A stretch of 64,000 nucleotides of DNA. Origin: Alphaproteobacteria bacterium. GTDB taxonomy: Bacteria > Pseudomonadota > Alphaproteobacteria > Bin95. This document shows positions 19,096 through 32,301 of this stretch, piece after piece; the stretch's first letter is position 1; every line of letters begins with the position of its first letter. Position numbers and translations under genes: made by a program. Location: assembly GCA_963665325.3 (NCBI GenBank), contig CAXXWS020000003.1, positions 576,001 through 640,000 on the forward strand. The letters run 5' to 3'. The notes under the pieces were generated by a model, which saw only the letters and a list, made by a program, of their open reading frames with translations, made no database searches and was not told the origin of the DNA.

Positions 19096-19131
19096 CCCTT
19101 CGGCAGGCTCGGGACAGGCCCTTCGATACGC
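19096..19131. repeat. REP-like extragenic repeat remnant
   Basis: CCCTTCGGCAGGCTCGGGACAGGCCCTTCGATACG resembles the CTTCGACAGGCTCAGGACAGGC repeat class. Confidence 0.5.
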
Positions 19132-19145
19132 GCCCGCTGGCGCCG

Positions 19146-19174
19146 TTGACTCGCCGGGGCGCGTTGGGTAGCTT
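19146..19174 (+). promoter_or_regulatory. Sigma70-like promoter of dksA
   Basis: TTGACT-17 nt-TAGCTT. Confidence 0.55.
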
Positions 19175-19207
19175 CCCGCCGGCCGGTGGAAATGAGCGGG
19201 GTGTTCC

Positions 19208-19624
19208 ATGGGGGTTTCGCTGCCTCCCGACTATAAGCCTTCCGGAAGCGAAGATTTCATGAACCCGATGCAGCGGGAATATTTCCGGCTGAAGCTGCTC
19301 GACTGGAAGGAGCGCCTGATCCGCGACTCCGGCGAAGCCGTCGTTCAGCTGCAGAGCAACAGCCTTCGGGTCGCCGACGACGGTGAACGCGCCTCGATGG
19401 AGACCGACAAGCGCCTCGCGCTCCGCACCCGCGACCGGGCGCGCAAGCTGATCGCCAAGATCGACCAGGCGCTGAAGCGGATCGACGAGGGAACCTACGG
19501 CTATTGCGAACAGACCAACGAACCTATAGACCTCGGGCGGCTGGAAGCCCGGCCGATCGCGACGCTTTCCATCCAGGCGCAGGAGCGCCATGAGCGGAGC
19601 GAGCGTATGCACCGGTCGGACTGA
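19208..19624 (+). CDS. dksA: RNA polymerase-binding protein DksA
   Basis: LPPDYKPS..EDFMN, LRTRDRARKLIAKID.AL.RI and RLEARPIATLS; one-Cys alpha type. Confidence 0.95.
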   Translation: MGVSLPPDYKPSGSEDFMNPMQREYFRLKLLDWKERLIRDSGEAVVQLQSNSLRVADDGERASMETDKRLALRTRDRARKLIAKIDQALKRIDEGTYGYCEQTNEPIDLGRLEARPIATLSIQAQERHERSERMHRSD

Positions 19625-19690
19625 GGCTTCCCGGAAGGCCGCATTCCGGCGGCGCCCATCCTCCATCGACCCGGCGAACGGCAAACCCCA

Positions 19691-22498
<2,808 letters not shown>

Positions 22499-22509
22499 GC
22501 CGGGTGCGC

Positions 22510-22998
22510 ATGCCCGCGGCCTGGGGGCTGGTTGCTGCGGTTCTGGTTTTCGCCGCGGACCAGGCGTCCAAGCTCTGGGTGCTGGCCGCCCAGTCGGGCC
22601 TGCCGGTCGAAATCGCGCCCTTCTTCAACATCGTGCTGGTCTGGAACCGGGGCGTGAGTTTCGGCATGTTCGGCTCCGTCGGGCCGCTGGTGCTGGCGGC
22701 GCTCGCGGGCGCTGTGGCGCTGGTACTGATCGTGTGGATGCTGCGCTCCCCGCGGCGTTTCGAGGCGCTGGCGCTCGGCGCCGTCGCCGGCGGGGCGGCG
22801 GGCAATATCCTCGACCGGCTCTTGCGCGGCGCTGTGGTGGACTTTCTTGACTTCCATATCGCCGGCTGGCACTGGTATGCCTTCAATCTGGCCGATTCCG
22901 CCATTACCGTCGGCATCGCCATGCTGTTGTTCGACGCCGTGTTCATGGGCAGGCGGCGGACCGGGGGAACCGGCGGCGGGAAGGAACGAAGCGCATGA
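22510..22998 (+). CDS. lspA: Signal peptidase II
   Basis: DQASK, NRGVSFG, GNILDR, VVDF and FNLAD motifs. Confidence 0.96.
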   Translation: MPAAWGLVAAVLVFAADQASKLWVLAAQSGLPVEIAPFFNIVLVWNRGVSFGMFGSVGPLVLAALAGAVALVLIVWMLRSPRRFEALALGAVAGGAAGNILDRLLRGAVVDFLDFHIAGWHWYAFNLADSAITVGIAMLLFDAVFMGRRRTGGTGGGKERSA

Positions 22999-23507
22999 CG
23001 ATCCGGTCGTTGGCACTGGTTGCGGGCGCGGTGTTCGCTCTCGGCGCATGCGATGTGGCCCGGACCCTCGGCATCGACCGCGAGGGGCCGGACGAATTCG
23101 CCGTGCTCCGCCACGCGCCGCTCACCGTCCCCCCCGATTTCCGCCTCCGCCCGCCGGAGCCCGGCACGGTGCGTCCGCAGGAACTTGCGCCGCGCGAAAG
23201 CACGCGGCAGACGCTGACGGGCGCGACGACAAGCGAAGGGGCGGAGCGGTCCGCAGGCGAATCGGTGCTTCTCTCCAAGATGGGTGGCGCGCAGGTGGAC
23301 AGCAGTTTCCGCCAGCGCATCGACAAGGAGACCGCCGAGATCGCCGCCAAGAACCGGCGGCTGCTCGACGACCTGATCTTCTGGGAAGACCGCAAGACGC
23401 ATGCGAGCGTCGTCGATGCCCGGGCGGAGAGCAAGCGCCTGCGCGAGAACGAAGCCCTGGGCAAACCGCCGACCGAGGGCGAGACTCCGACGATCCAGCG
23501 CCGGTAG
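22995..23507 (+). CDS. DUF3035 lipoprotein
   Basis: Lipobox LGAC; PDEFAV...PLTVPPDF.LRPP.PG; typical position after lspA. Confidence 0.88.
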   Translation: MTIRSLALVAGAVFALGACDVARTLGIDREGPDEFAVLRHAPLTVPPDFRLRPPEPGTVRPQELAPRESTRQTLTGATTSEGAERSAGESVLLSKMGGAQVDSSFRQRIDKETAEIAAKNRRLLDDLIFWEDRKTHASVVDARAESKRLRENEALGKPPTEGETPTIQRR

Positions 23508-23525
23508 GGCGGAGGAACGCGGACG

Positions 23526-24812
23526 GTGCTGGGCGACCTTCCATACCGGCAGGACCTGTCGCGCTGTTCGGGCGTCGCCGGCAGCGATGCTTTCGAGCGG
23601 GCGCTCGCGGGAACGGCGGAGGGGCTCGCAACCCTGCGCCGCGCCTATGACGACGGCAGCCTGCCCCTGTTGCGCCTGCCGGAAGCGCAGAGCGACCTCG
23701 CCATGATCGAGGCGCGCGCCGAGCACCACCGGGAGCACGCCGACGATGTCGTCATCCTCGGCACGGGCGGGTCCAGCCTCGGCGGGCAGGCGCTCTATGC
23801 GCTCGCCGATTCCGGCTTCGGGCCGAGCGGCGATTCACCCCGCCTGCATTTCCTCGACAATATCGACCCCCACACCTTCGACCACCTGTTCCGCAGCCTC
23901 GACCTCGCACGCACCGACTTCCTGGCGATTTCGAAGTCGGGCGGGACGGCCGAGACGCTGCTGCAGTTCCTGGTTTGCCTGGAGGCGCTTGCGGACAATG
24001 TCGGCCGGGAGGGTGCGGCCCCGCATGTGACCGTTATCGCCGAACCCGGCGCGAACCCGCTGAGAGCCCTCGCCGAGTCATGGGACTTCACCGTGATCGA
24101 CCACGATCCCGGCATCGGAGGGCGCTATGCGGCGCTGACGCCGGTCGGGCTGCTGCCCGCGGTGATCGCCGGCCTCGATCCGGCGGCGCTGCGCGAAGGC
24201 GCACACCAGGTGCTGCACGGGACCCTTAACGCCCGGACACCCGGCGCGAGCGGCCCGGCGCTCGGCGCGGCGCTGAATGTTGCTGCGGGCCGGAGCACGG
24301 TGCTGGCGGCCTATGCCGACAGGCTGCTTCCCTTCACCATGTGGTTTCGCCAGCTCTGGGCCGAGAGCCTCGGCAAGGACGGCAAGGGCACGCTGCCGGT
24401 TCCGGCCACGGGCGCCGTTGACCAGCACAGCCAGCTTCAGCTCTGGCTCGACGGCCCGGACGACAAGCTGTTCACCGTGGTCACGGCCGAAACCGCCGGG
24501 CGCGGGCGCATCGTGCCGCCGGCGCTGGTGGAGGACGGGCGGCTGGAATGGCTCGCCGGGCGCAGCATGGGCGATCTGCTCGACGCCGAGGCGCGCGCGA
24601 CCGTGGAAACGCTGGCGCAAAAGGGCCGGCCGGTGCGTCAGTTGCTCCTGGAGCGCATCGACGAGGCCGCGCTCGGCGCGCTGATGATGCATTTCATGCT
24701 GGAAACGATCCTCGCGGCCCACTTGCTCGGGGTCGATCCTTTCGACCAGCCGGCGGTCGAGCAGGGCAAGGTGCTGGCGCGGGACTATCTCGGCGCCATG
24801 GGCCGTCGGTGA
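23526..24812 (+). CDS. pgi: Glucose-6-phosphate isomerase
   Basis: [32 protein letters not shown] and [10 protein letters not shown] motifs. Confidence 0.93.
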   Translation: MLGDLPYRQDLSRCSGVAGSDAFERALAGTAEGLATLRRAYDDGSLPLLRLPEAQSDLAMIEARAEHHREHADDVVILGTGGSSLGGQALYALADSGFGPSGDSPRLHFLDNIDPHTFDHLFRSLDLARTDFLAISKSGGTAETLLQFLVCLEALADNVGREGAAPHVTVIAEPGANPLRALAESWDFTVIDHDPGIGGRYAALTPVGLLPAVIAGLDPAALREGAHQVLHGTLNARTPGASGPALGAALNVAAGRSTVLAAYADRLLPFTMWFRQLWAESLGKDGKGTLPVPATGAVDQHSQLQLWLDGPDDKLFTVVTAETAGRGRIVPPALVEDGRLEWLAGRSMGDLLDAEARATVETLAQKGRPVRQLLLERIDEAALGALMMHFMLETILAAHLLGVDPFDQPAVEQGKVLARDYLGAMGRR

Positions 24813-26563
24813 TGCTGCGCCGCCTGCCGGACGCGGTGGTCAACCGCATCGCGGCGGGCGAGGTGGTCGAGCGCCCGGCGGCGGCGGTCAAAGAACTGGT
24901 CGAGAATGCGATAGACGCAGGCGCGGGGCGCATCGACTGCGGCCTGCGCGCCGGCGGCGCGGCCTGGATTTCCGTGGACGATGACGGCGCCGGCATTGCC
25001 CGCGCCGACCTCGCGCTGGCGCTCGAACGCCACGCCACCTCTAAGCTTGCCGATGACGATCTGGTCGATATCCGCACGCTCGGCTTTCGCGGCGAAGCGC
25101 TGCCGTCGATCGGCGCCGTCGCGCGCCTGACGATCGTCAGCCGGGCGGAGGGCGCGACGGAGGCGTGGCGCATCTCGGTCGATAACGGCGAACCGGGCGC
25201 AGTCGAGCCAGCGGCCCGCGCCCGCGGCACGCGGGTGGAGGCGGCGGGCCTCTTCCGCGCCGTGCCCGCCCGGCTAAAATTCCTGAAATCCGCGCGCGCC
25301 GAATATCTCGCCGCTGCCGACATGCTGAAGCGGCTCGCCATGGCACGCCCCGCCATCGCCTTCTCGCTGGAGCATGACGGCCGCCGCGCCTGGGCCTCGC
25401 CGGCGGCTTCCGATCCCCTGGCCCGGCTAGCTGACGTGCTGGGGGCGGAGTTCGCGGAGAACTCGGTTCCGGTCGCGCTGGAGGCGGACGGGCTCCGCCT
25501 CTCCGGCCATGCCGGCCTGCCGACCTGGCATCGCGGCACGGCGCAGGCGCAATATCTGTTCGTCAACGGCCGCCCCGTGCGCGACCGGCTGCTCCAGGGC
25601 GCGGTCCGCGCGGGCTATGAGGAGCTTGTGCCGCGCGGGCGCTTTCCCGTGCTGGCGCTCTTTCTGGATGTGCCGCCCGACCGGGTGGATGTGAATGTCC
25701 ATCCGGCGAAAACCGAGATTCGCTTTCGGGATGCCGGCCGGGTGCGCTCGCTGATCGTTTCGGCGCTGCGTCGGGCGCTCGCGGAAGAGGGCCACCGCGC
25801 CGCCGCGCCCGCCGGGTTTCATATGGGCGCCGCCGCACCGCTCATGGGGCAGTTCCGGCCGGGCGGCAGCTTTGCGCCGCCCCTGGAACTCGCCGAGCGC
25901 GCCGCCGTCTGGCAGGCGCCGCTCGACCCCGGATTGCATCCGTCGGCCCCGCCGCCCGCGCCGGAGGCGCCGGAGGCTGCCGGCCTGCCGCTGGGCGCCG
26001 CCCGTGCGCAGCTTCACGACACCTATATCGTGGCCCAGACCGGGGACGGCATCGTGTTGGTGGACCAGCATGCGGCGCATGAGCGGCTCGTGCTCGAACG
26101 CATGCGCCGGGCGCTTGCGGACGGCCCGCCACCGCGCCAGACGCTGCTGCTGCCGGAGGTCGTCGAACTCGAGGAGGCCGGGGCCGAGCGGCTCGCGGCC
26201 AAGGCGGAGGAGCTGGGCGAACTGGGCCTCGTGCTGGAGCGCTTCGGCCCGGAGGCGGTACTGGTGCGCGAGACGCCGGCGGCGCTGGGCGAGGCCGATG
26301 TGAAGGGGCTGGTGCGCGACCTCGCCGACGACCTCGCCGAGCACGGGCTGGCATTGACGCTGAAGGAGCGGCTGGAGCATGTGGCGGCGACCATGGCCTG
26401 CCACGGATCGGTGCGCGCCGGCCGCCGCCTCGGCGCGCAGGAGATGGATGCGCTTCTGCGCGAAATGGAGGCCACGCCCCGCTCCGGCCAGTGCAATCAC
26501 GGCCGCCCGACCTATGTGGAGCTCAAACTCGCGGATATCGAGCGCCTGTTCGGCCGGCGCTGA
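24812..26563 (+). CDS. mutL: DNA mismatch repair endonuclease MutL
   Basis: [27 protein letters not shown] and CNHGRPT motifs. Confidence 0.98.
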   Translation: MLRRLPDAVVNRIAAGEVVERPAAAVKELVENAIDAGAGRIDCGLRAGGAAWISVDDDGAGIARADLALALERHATSKLADDDLVDIRTLGFRGEALPSIGAVARLTIVSRAEGATEAWRISVDNGEPGAVEPAARARGTRVEAAGLFRAVPARLKFLKSARAEYLAAADMLKRLAMARPAIAFSLEHDGRRAWASPAASDPLARLADVLGAEFAENSVPVALEADGLRLSGHAGLPTWHRGTAQAQYLFVNGRPVRDRLLQGAVRAGYEELVPRGRFPVLALFLDVPPDRVDVNVHPAKTEIRFRDAGRVRSLIVSALRRALAEEGHRAAAPAGFHMGAAAPLMGQFRPGGSFAPPLELAERAAVWQAPLDPGLHPSAPPPAPEAPEAAGLPLGAARAQLHDTYIVAQTGDGIVLVDQHAAHERLVLERMRRALADGPPPRQTLLLPEVVELEEAGAERLAAKAEELGELGLVLERFGPEAVLVRETPAALGEADVKGLVRDLADDLAEHGLALTLKERLEHVAATMACHGSVRAGRRLGAQEMDALLREMEATPRSGQCNHGRPTYVELKLADIERLFGRR

Positions 26564-26593
26564 GGAAATGGCCTGCCGGGCGGTCCGACGCCC

Positions 26594-27427
26594 TCAGCAA
26601 ACCGGCGGGGCGAGCAGTTCGAGTTCTTTCAGGCGGTAGCGGATCGTGAAATCGGGGAAGGCGACCTCGGCGTCGCCGCCGACGCCGTTCTCGTAAAACC
26701 ATTCGGTCGACTCGAAGGCGGGCGTGGTGTCGTCGTTCGCGCCGAAGAAGGCTATTCGCGCCCGCCAGTGCGCAAGGCCGTCGAGTTCCTCCGGCGCCTC
26801 CGGCGCCGTGCCCGCCGCACTGTCCGGCAATACCAGGAGGCTCGCGGTCAGGAGGTCGTCCTCGTCCTCGCCGAAGAAGACCGTGCGCGTGAACAGACCG
26901 TCGCCGGTCCTCGCGTGCTCGATGACTTTCTCTATCCAGGCGCCGGGGAAGAGCGTCCCGGGTGCGAGCGCGAGGCGGTCCCCGTCCGGCCGGCTATAGA
27001 CGACCTCGCCGCCTGCGCCGGGTGCCGGGAGGCGCGCCCTGCCACGCCGCTCCTCGACCGGAACGCCGGTTCGGCTGGTCTTGCCCGAGAAGCCGTAGGC
27101 CGTTCCGTCCAGCCGTTCCCACGCCGAGAAGTCCACCCGCACGGCTACCGGTTCCCCTTCGTCCGACTGGATCAGCAGGCGGGTCTCACGGGTCACGACC
27201 GTGCGTTCGCAATCGGAAGTCCATTCATAGGCCGCCGCTCCCGACAGGCCGCCGATGCCGGAGGATGCGCCGGCGCGAACCAGCCCGACCTCGTAAAATG
27301 CCCGGTGCGGCGCGATTGCGCCGCCCCCGGCCTCCGTTCCCGCCGCAGTTGCGAGCAGTACGAGTCCGGCCAGGGCGGCTCGTCCTCCAAGGCGGCCGAG
27401 GTGCTGTCCGGTGTGTCCCGAACCCAT
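26594..27427 (-). CDS. EipB/DUF1849 family cell envelope protein
   Basis: Signal peptide, PHRAFYEV, YEW..DC, LFP, YENGV and C-terminal Cys. Confidence 0.8.
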   Translation of the reverse strand: MGSGHTGQHLGRLGGRAALAGLVLLATAAGTEAGGGAIAPHRAFYEVGLVRAGASSGIGGLSGAAAYEWTSDCERTVVTRETRLLIQSDEGEPVAVRVDFSAWERLDGTAYGFSGKTSRTGVPVEERRGRARLPAPGAGGEVVYSRPDGDRLALAPGTLFPGAWIEKVIEHARTGDGLFTRTVFFGEDEDDLLTASLLVLPDSAAGTAPEAPEELDGLAHWRARIAFFGANDDTTPAFESTEWFYENGVGGDAEVAFPDFTIRYRLKELELLAPPVC

Positions 27428-27492
27428 GTCCGACCTCCCCGTGCGATGCCTCGGGTTATACCGGATTGCACCGGAAGGGAAGCCGCGCCCGA

Positions 27493-27521
27493 TTGCCCGG
27501 AAGGGGCTTCCGCCCTATAAT
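27493..27521 (+). promoter_or_regulatory. ssrA promoter
   Basis: TTGCCC-17 nt-TATAAT. Confidence 0.7.
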
Positions 27522-27526
27522 GGCGG

Positions 27527-27790
27527 CGCCGGGCATGCTCGGCTATGGCGATAAACGCTATGCGAAATAAGCGTTGCGGACCCGGGGGCAGTACCCGGCG
27601 CCTCCACCATCCACGGGGGCGAACCAGGATCGACGTGCGTGGTAAAGGCATGGTCTTCGCTCGGCATGGTACCACCGTTATCGGGCCGCAACTCAAGTGC
27701 GAATGACAATGAGGTCGCACTCGCTGCCTGATCGCTGATCGGGTAAGCGCGGTTTGGAGGGCACCGGGCAACAGAAGCCCTCCACCCGCC
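27527..27790 (+). ncRNA. ssrA: Two-piece (circularly permuted) tmRNA; tag ANDNEVALAA
   Basis: Acceptor piece ends CGCCTCCACCA (27609); coding piece starts GGGGGCG (27615); tag ORF 27699-27731; outer ends approximate. Confidence 0.96.
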
Positions 27791-27866
27791 GCGCGCAACG
27801 CGGCGATTCGAACACCTGCCGCGAGCAACGCGGCGGCGCCGCACCGTTCCGGGGGGCGGGGGAGCG

Positions 27867-28349
27867 ATGGCTGACGATTTCTTGCAATACGACCGGCTGG
27901 TCGAGGACGCGATGCGCAGCGTCGTCCGGCGCGCGCTCGAGGAAGCGGCTGAAAACGGCCTGCCCGGCAACCACCATTTCTACATAACCTTTTCGACCCG
28001 CCATCCGGCCGCCGCGGTGCCGCCGCGCCTCGCCGCGCAATATCCCGAGACCATGACCATCGTGCTCCAGCACCAGTATTACGGGCTGGAGGTCCACTCG
28101 ACCCATTTCGAGGTCACGCTCTCCTTCAACCGCATGCAGGAGCGCCTGCATGTTCCCTGGGAGGCCGTGACTGTGTTTCACGACCCGTCGGTCGATTTCG
28201 GCCTGCGCTTCTCCCGCGAGGGCGTCGAGCCGCTGCTGCCGGTCGAAGAGGCCGGGGAAGAAGAGGCCGGGCAGCCGGAGGGCGGCAAGGAGGACAAGGG
28301 CAAAGGCGGCGGCAATGTCGTGTCGCTGGACCGGTTCCGCAAGAAATAG
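27867..28349 (+). CDS. sspB: ClpXP adaptor SspB (alpha type)
   Basis: [32 protein letters not shown] and C-terminal [10 protein letters not shown]. Confidence 0.93.
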   Translation: MADDFLQYDRLVEDAMRSVVRRALEEAAENGLPGNHHFYITFSTRHPAAAVPPRLAAQYPETMTIVLQHQYYGLEVHSTHFEVTLSFNRMQERLHVPWEAVTVFHDPSVDFGLRFSREGVEPLLPVEEAGEEEAGQPEGGKEDKGKGGGNVVSLDRFRKK

Positions 28350-28360
28350 GGGGCGCGCCG

Positions 28361-29971
28361 ATGCCCGAATTCGCCTTCCACGAGATGTTCCCGCTCGCCA
28401 AGGGCGACACCCCATGGCGGTCGCTCGAAGGAGATTTCGTTTCCGTCGATCGGTTCCGGGGCAGGGACTTCGTCTCGGTCGATCCGGAAGCGCTGAGCCT
28501 GCTCGCGCGCGAAGCGTTCCACGACATCTCGCACCTGCTGCGTCCGGGGCACCTCGCGCAGCTCGCGTCCATCCTCGACGACCCCGAGGCCTCGCCCAAC
28601 GACCGGTTCGTTGCACTCGACCTGTTGAAGAACGCGAATATTGCCGCGGGCGGCGTATTGCCGATGTGCCAGGACACTGGCACCGCCATCGTCATGGGCA
28701 AGAAGGGCGAGCGGGTGCTGACCGGCGGCGGGGACGAGGAGGCGCTCTCGCGCGGCATCTTCCGCGCCTACACGGAGGACAATCTGCGCTATTCGCAGCT
28801 TTCGCCCGTATCCATGTTCGAGGAGCGCAACACCGGTTCCAACCTGCCGGCGCAGTTCGACCTGTATTCGACGCCCGGTGAGGAATACGAGCTGCTGTTC
28901 ATTGCCAAGGGCGGCGGCTCGGCCAACAAGTCCTTCCTCTACCAAGCAACGCCCGCGACCCTGCATCCGGACCGGCTGCTCGCCTTCATCGACGAGAAGA
29001 TCCGCACGCTCGGCACCGCCGCCTGCCCGCCATACCACCTCGCGGTCGTCGTCGGCGGCACGTCGGCGGAGTTGAACCTGAAGACCGTCAAGCTTGCCAG
29101 CACGGGCTATCTGGACGGCCTGCCGACCGAGGGCGGGCCGCATGGCAATGCCTACCGGGACCGGGAAACCGAGGAAAAGATCCTGGAAGCGACGCGCGCC
29201 ATGGGCATCGGGGCGCAATTCGGCGGCAAGTATTTCTGCCACGATGTGCGGGTGGTGCGCCTTCCGCGCCACGGCGCTTCGCTGCCGATCGGCATCGGCG
29301 TCTCCTGCTCGGCCGACCGCCAGGCGCTGGCGAAGATCACCCGCGAGGGCGTCTTCCTGGAGGCGCTGGAGCGCGACCCGGCGCGGTTCCTGCCGGAGAC
29401 GGACGCGGGCATGCTCGGCGGCGAGGTGGTCGCGCTCGACCTCAACCGGCCGATGGACGAAATCCGGGCCGAGCTCTCGCGCCATCCGATCCGCACCCGC
29501 CTGGCGCTGACCGGCTCGATCACCGTTGCGCGCGACCTTGCGCACCAGAAGATCGAGGCGAGGCTCGCGGCGGGCGAGACAATGCCGGACTATTTCCGCG
29601 ACCACCCGATCTACTATGCCGGTCCGGCCAAGACGCCCGAAGGCATGGCGTCGGGGTCCTTCGGCCCGACCACGGCCGGGCGCATGGACGCCTTCGTGGA
29701 CGCCTTCCAGGCCGCAGGCGGCAGCCATGTCATGCTCGCCAAGGGCAACCGCTCGGCCCAGGTGACGGCGGCCTGCAAGGCGCATGGCGGCTTCTATCTG
29801 GGCTCGGTCGGCGGCTCCGCGGCTCGGCTCGCCCGGGACCACATCCGCAAGGTCGAGGTGCTGGAATATCCCGAGCTCGGCATGGAGGCGATCTGGCGCA
29901 TCGAGGTCGAGGACTTCCCCGCCTTTATCGTCATAGACGACAAGGGCAACGACTTCTTCGCTGGAATTTGA
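28361..29971 (+). CDS. fumA: Class I fumarate hydratase
   Basis: [26 protein letters not shown] and GPTTAGRMD motifs. Confidence 0.96.
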   Translation: MPEFAFHEMFPLAKGDTPWRSLEGDFVSVDRFRGRDFVSVDPEALSLLAREAFHDISHLLRPGHLAQLASILDDPEASPNDRFVALDLLKNANIAAGGVLPMCQDTGTAIVMGKKGERVLTGGGDEEALSRGIFRAYTEDNLRYSQLSPVSMFEERNTGSNLPAQFDLYSTPGEEYELLFIAKGGGSANKSFLYQATPATLHPDRLLAFIDEKIRTLGTAACPPYHLAVVVGGTSAELNLKTVKLASTGYLDGLPTEGGPHGNAYRDRETEEKILEATRAMGIGAQFGGKYFCHDVRVVRLPRHGASLPIGIGVSCSADRQALAKITREGVFLEALERDPARFLPETDAGMLGGEVVALDLNRPMDEIRAELSRHPIRTRLALTGSITVARDLAHQKIEARLAAGETMPDYFRDHPIYYAGPAKTPEGMASGSFGPTTAGRMDAFVDAFQAAGGSHVMLAKGNRSAQVTAACKAHGGFYLGSVGGSAARLARDHIRKVEVLEYPELGMEAIWRIEVEDFPAFIVIDDKGNDFFAGI

Positions 29972-30026
29972 CGGAAAAGGGAAGAGTCCCTGCGGACGCT
30001 TGCGCGCCCGCAGGGAAGCAGCCGGA

Positions 30027-31100
30027 TCAGGTGATTGCGACCGGATTGCCGATCGAGCCGGTAGCGCCCTTGATCGGCAACGGCGCGAACACATAGACGA
30101 ACTGGTACGCCCCGTCGGCGATCAGGTCGTCGAAGACCAGGTTCTCATGGATGTAGATGCCGTTGCGGGTGATGAGCTCGTTATGAACCACGAACGCCTT
30201 CTTCGGGTCCGGGTTCGGCACCACCTCGACCGGCCAGGTGTCGCCGCCGACGAGGCACACGCCCTTGTCCACGAGGATCTTCGCGACATCCATGCCGATG
30301 CCGGGGCAACCGGAATTGAAGCGGTCGTTGTTCTTTATCCAGAGGTCGCCCCAGCCGGTGTTGAAGAACACCGCGTCGCCTTCCTTGATGTCGTCGAGCG
30401 ACATGCCCTGCGCCGCGAGCGCGGTATCGACATTGGCCGGCGTGATCTCGTTGCCGGCATCCCATGCCTGCTGCGGCTTCACATCGATCAGGTGGCCGCG
30501 GGTGAAGAACGGCTTGACATGCTCCATGCCGATCTTCTGGAGCCCGTAAGCGCCCTCGACCTCGGCCCCGGTGAAGCCGTTATAGTAGCGGTGGTCCGCC
30601 TTGTCCGTCGCCGAACCGACGATGGCGCCGATATGGCCGAGACCGTCGAACTGGGTGCCGACCTGGCCGATTTCGGTCGCGAGATATTCGTCGTTATAGA
30701 CGAGCATGTTATCGCCGAACGGCCCGCCCGTCGGGGCGCCGGGAATGCGGAGCGCGAAGCCGCGCGGCCCGAAGAAGGGAATGCTCGGCTCGTAATCCCG
30801 CCCGATACGGCGGACCTTGCCGTTCTTGATCCACTTGACCGCGTCGAGCGTCTTCTCCGGCGACATCCAGTTGGAGGCGCCGGCCTGGTCGCCCTCGCCC
30901 CAGCGCGACGGCCACCACTTCTCGCCGATGGGCGTCATGTGGCTGTCCGCCTTGGCTTCCTGGACGCTGCCGCCGGTCATCGCCGCGCCGGCGGCCGCCA
31001 CCGCGCCCGCGCCCACCGCGGCTGTGCGCATGAAACTCCGACGGTCCGGCGACTCGATGTCGGCCGTCTTCGGCAACGACTCGAACTTGCTGAAGATCAT
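30027..31100 (-). CDS. Cyclase/kynurenine formamidase family protein with Tat signal peptide
   Basis: DRRSFMR Tat motif, QVGTQFDGLGH, ENL and PLPIKGATGS. Confidence 0.88.
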   Translation of the reverse strand: MIFSKFESLPKTADIESPDRRSFMRTAAVGAGAVAAAGAAMTGGSVQEAKADSHMTPIGEKWWPSRWGEGDQAGASNWMSPEKTLDAVKWIKNGKVRRIGRDYEPSIPFFGPRGFALRIPGAPTGGPFGDNMLVYNDEYLATEIGQVGTQFDGLGHIGAIVGSATDKADHRYYNGFTGAEVEGAYGLQKIGMEHVKPFFTRGHLIDVKPQQAWDAGNEITPANVDTALAAQGMSLDDIKEGDAVFFNTGWGDLWIKNNDRFNSGCPGIGMDVAKILVDKGVCLVGGDTWPVEVVPNPDPKKAFVVHNELITRNGIYIHENLVFDDLIADGAYQFVYVFAPLPIKGATGSIGNPVAIT

Positions 31101-31201
31101 GTGCCTCACTCCCCTTGCGGCTATTCCGGTAATTGTAGGACTGTATCCTGTGCCCGGGTTCGCCGGCAGGTCAAGACTGGACAACAAGAAAAGCGTTGCC
31201 G

Positions 31202-32212
31202 ATGAGTATTTTCGAAGCCCATGCGCCGGAGGCTCGCCTGCCGGTGACCGTGCTGACCGGCTTCCTCGGCAGCGGCAAGACCACCCTGCTGAACGCGCTC
31301 TTGCGCGACCCGGCCATGGCCGGCACGGCGGTGATCGTGAACGAGTTCGGCGACATCGCGCTCGACCATCTGCTGGTCGAGGCGGTGGATGGCGAGACCA
31401 TGGTGGTCAACGGCGGCTGCGTGTGCTGCCAGCTGCGCTCCGACCTGGAGGAGACCTTGCGCGACCTGCTGGCGCGCAGGCGCGACGGCGAGGTGCCGCC
31501 TTTCGAGCGCGTGGCGGTGGAGACGACGGGCCTCGCCGACCCGGCGCCGATCGCGCAGACGCTGCTGAACAACCCGCTGGTGTCGCGCTTCTACCGGCTG
31601 GACGGCATTGCGGCGACGGTGGACGGCGTGCTCGGGCCGGGCCATCTCGGCGAGCAGCCGGAAGCTGTGAAGCAGGTCGCGCTCGCCGACCGCATTATCG
31701 TGACCAAATGCGACCGGGACGACGCGACGCCGGAAGCGCTGGTCGAACTGCTGGATCGGCTGGCTCCCGGCGCGGAGCGGCGCGAGGCCGCAATGGGCGC
31801 GGTTTCGCCAGATTTCCTGTTCGGCCTCGACACGGCCGATGCCCGCTGGCTCGGTCTCGACGCCGAACAGGAGGACGGCCACGATCACGGGCACGACCAT
31901 GAGCACGGCCACGATCTCAGCGACATCGACACCGTGTCGCTGGTCTTCGAGGAGCCGATAGACTGGATGGCGTTCTCGCGCTGGCTCGCGGAGCTGCGCA
32001 ATGTCCACGGCAAGGAGCTGCTCCGCGTCAAGGGTATCCTGAACCTGGAGGGCGAGGACGGGCCGGTCGTGGTCCACGGCGTGCAGCATATTTTCCAGTC
32101 GCCGGTGCGCATGGCCGAGTGGCCGGACGAGGACCGGCGCTCGCGCCTCGTCTTCATCACCCGCGGCCTGCCGCGCGAAACCCTGCTCGCGGGCATCGGT
32201 GGCGACGCCTGA
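31202..32212 (+). CDS. COG0523/CobW-family metallochaperone GTPase
   Basis: [26 protein letters not shown] and His-rich linker. Confidence 0.94.
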   Translation: MSIFEAHAPEARLPVTVLTGFLGSGKTTLLNALLRDPAMAGTAVIVNEFGDIALDHLLVEAVDGETMVVNGGCVCCQLRSDLEETLRDLLARRRDGEVPPFERVAVETTGLADPAPIAQTLLNNPLVSRFYRLDGIAATVDGVLGPGHLGEQPEAVKQVALADRIIVTKCDRDDATPEALVELLDRLAPGAERREAAMGAVSPDFLFGLDTADARWLGLDAEQEDGHDHGHDHEHGHDLSDIDTVSLVFEEPIDWMAFSRWLAELRNVHGKELLRVKGILNLEGEDGPVVVHGVQHIFQSPVRMAEWPDEDRRSRLVFITRGLPRETLLAGIGGDA

Positions 32213-32301
32213 ACCGCCGCGCCGGGACTTCGGAGTCGTGCCGGGGGTCGAGCGGGACCTGAACAGCTCGAGCGGCGAGGCCGCACGCTCATAGGGAATC
32301 G

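Noticed and set aside
27570-27609. tRNA-like T-arm and CCA
   Set aside because: It is the acceptor piece of the permuted tmRNA, not a tRNA.
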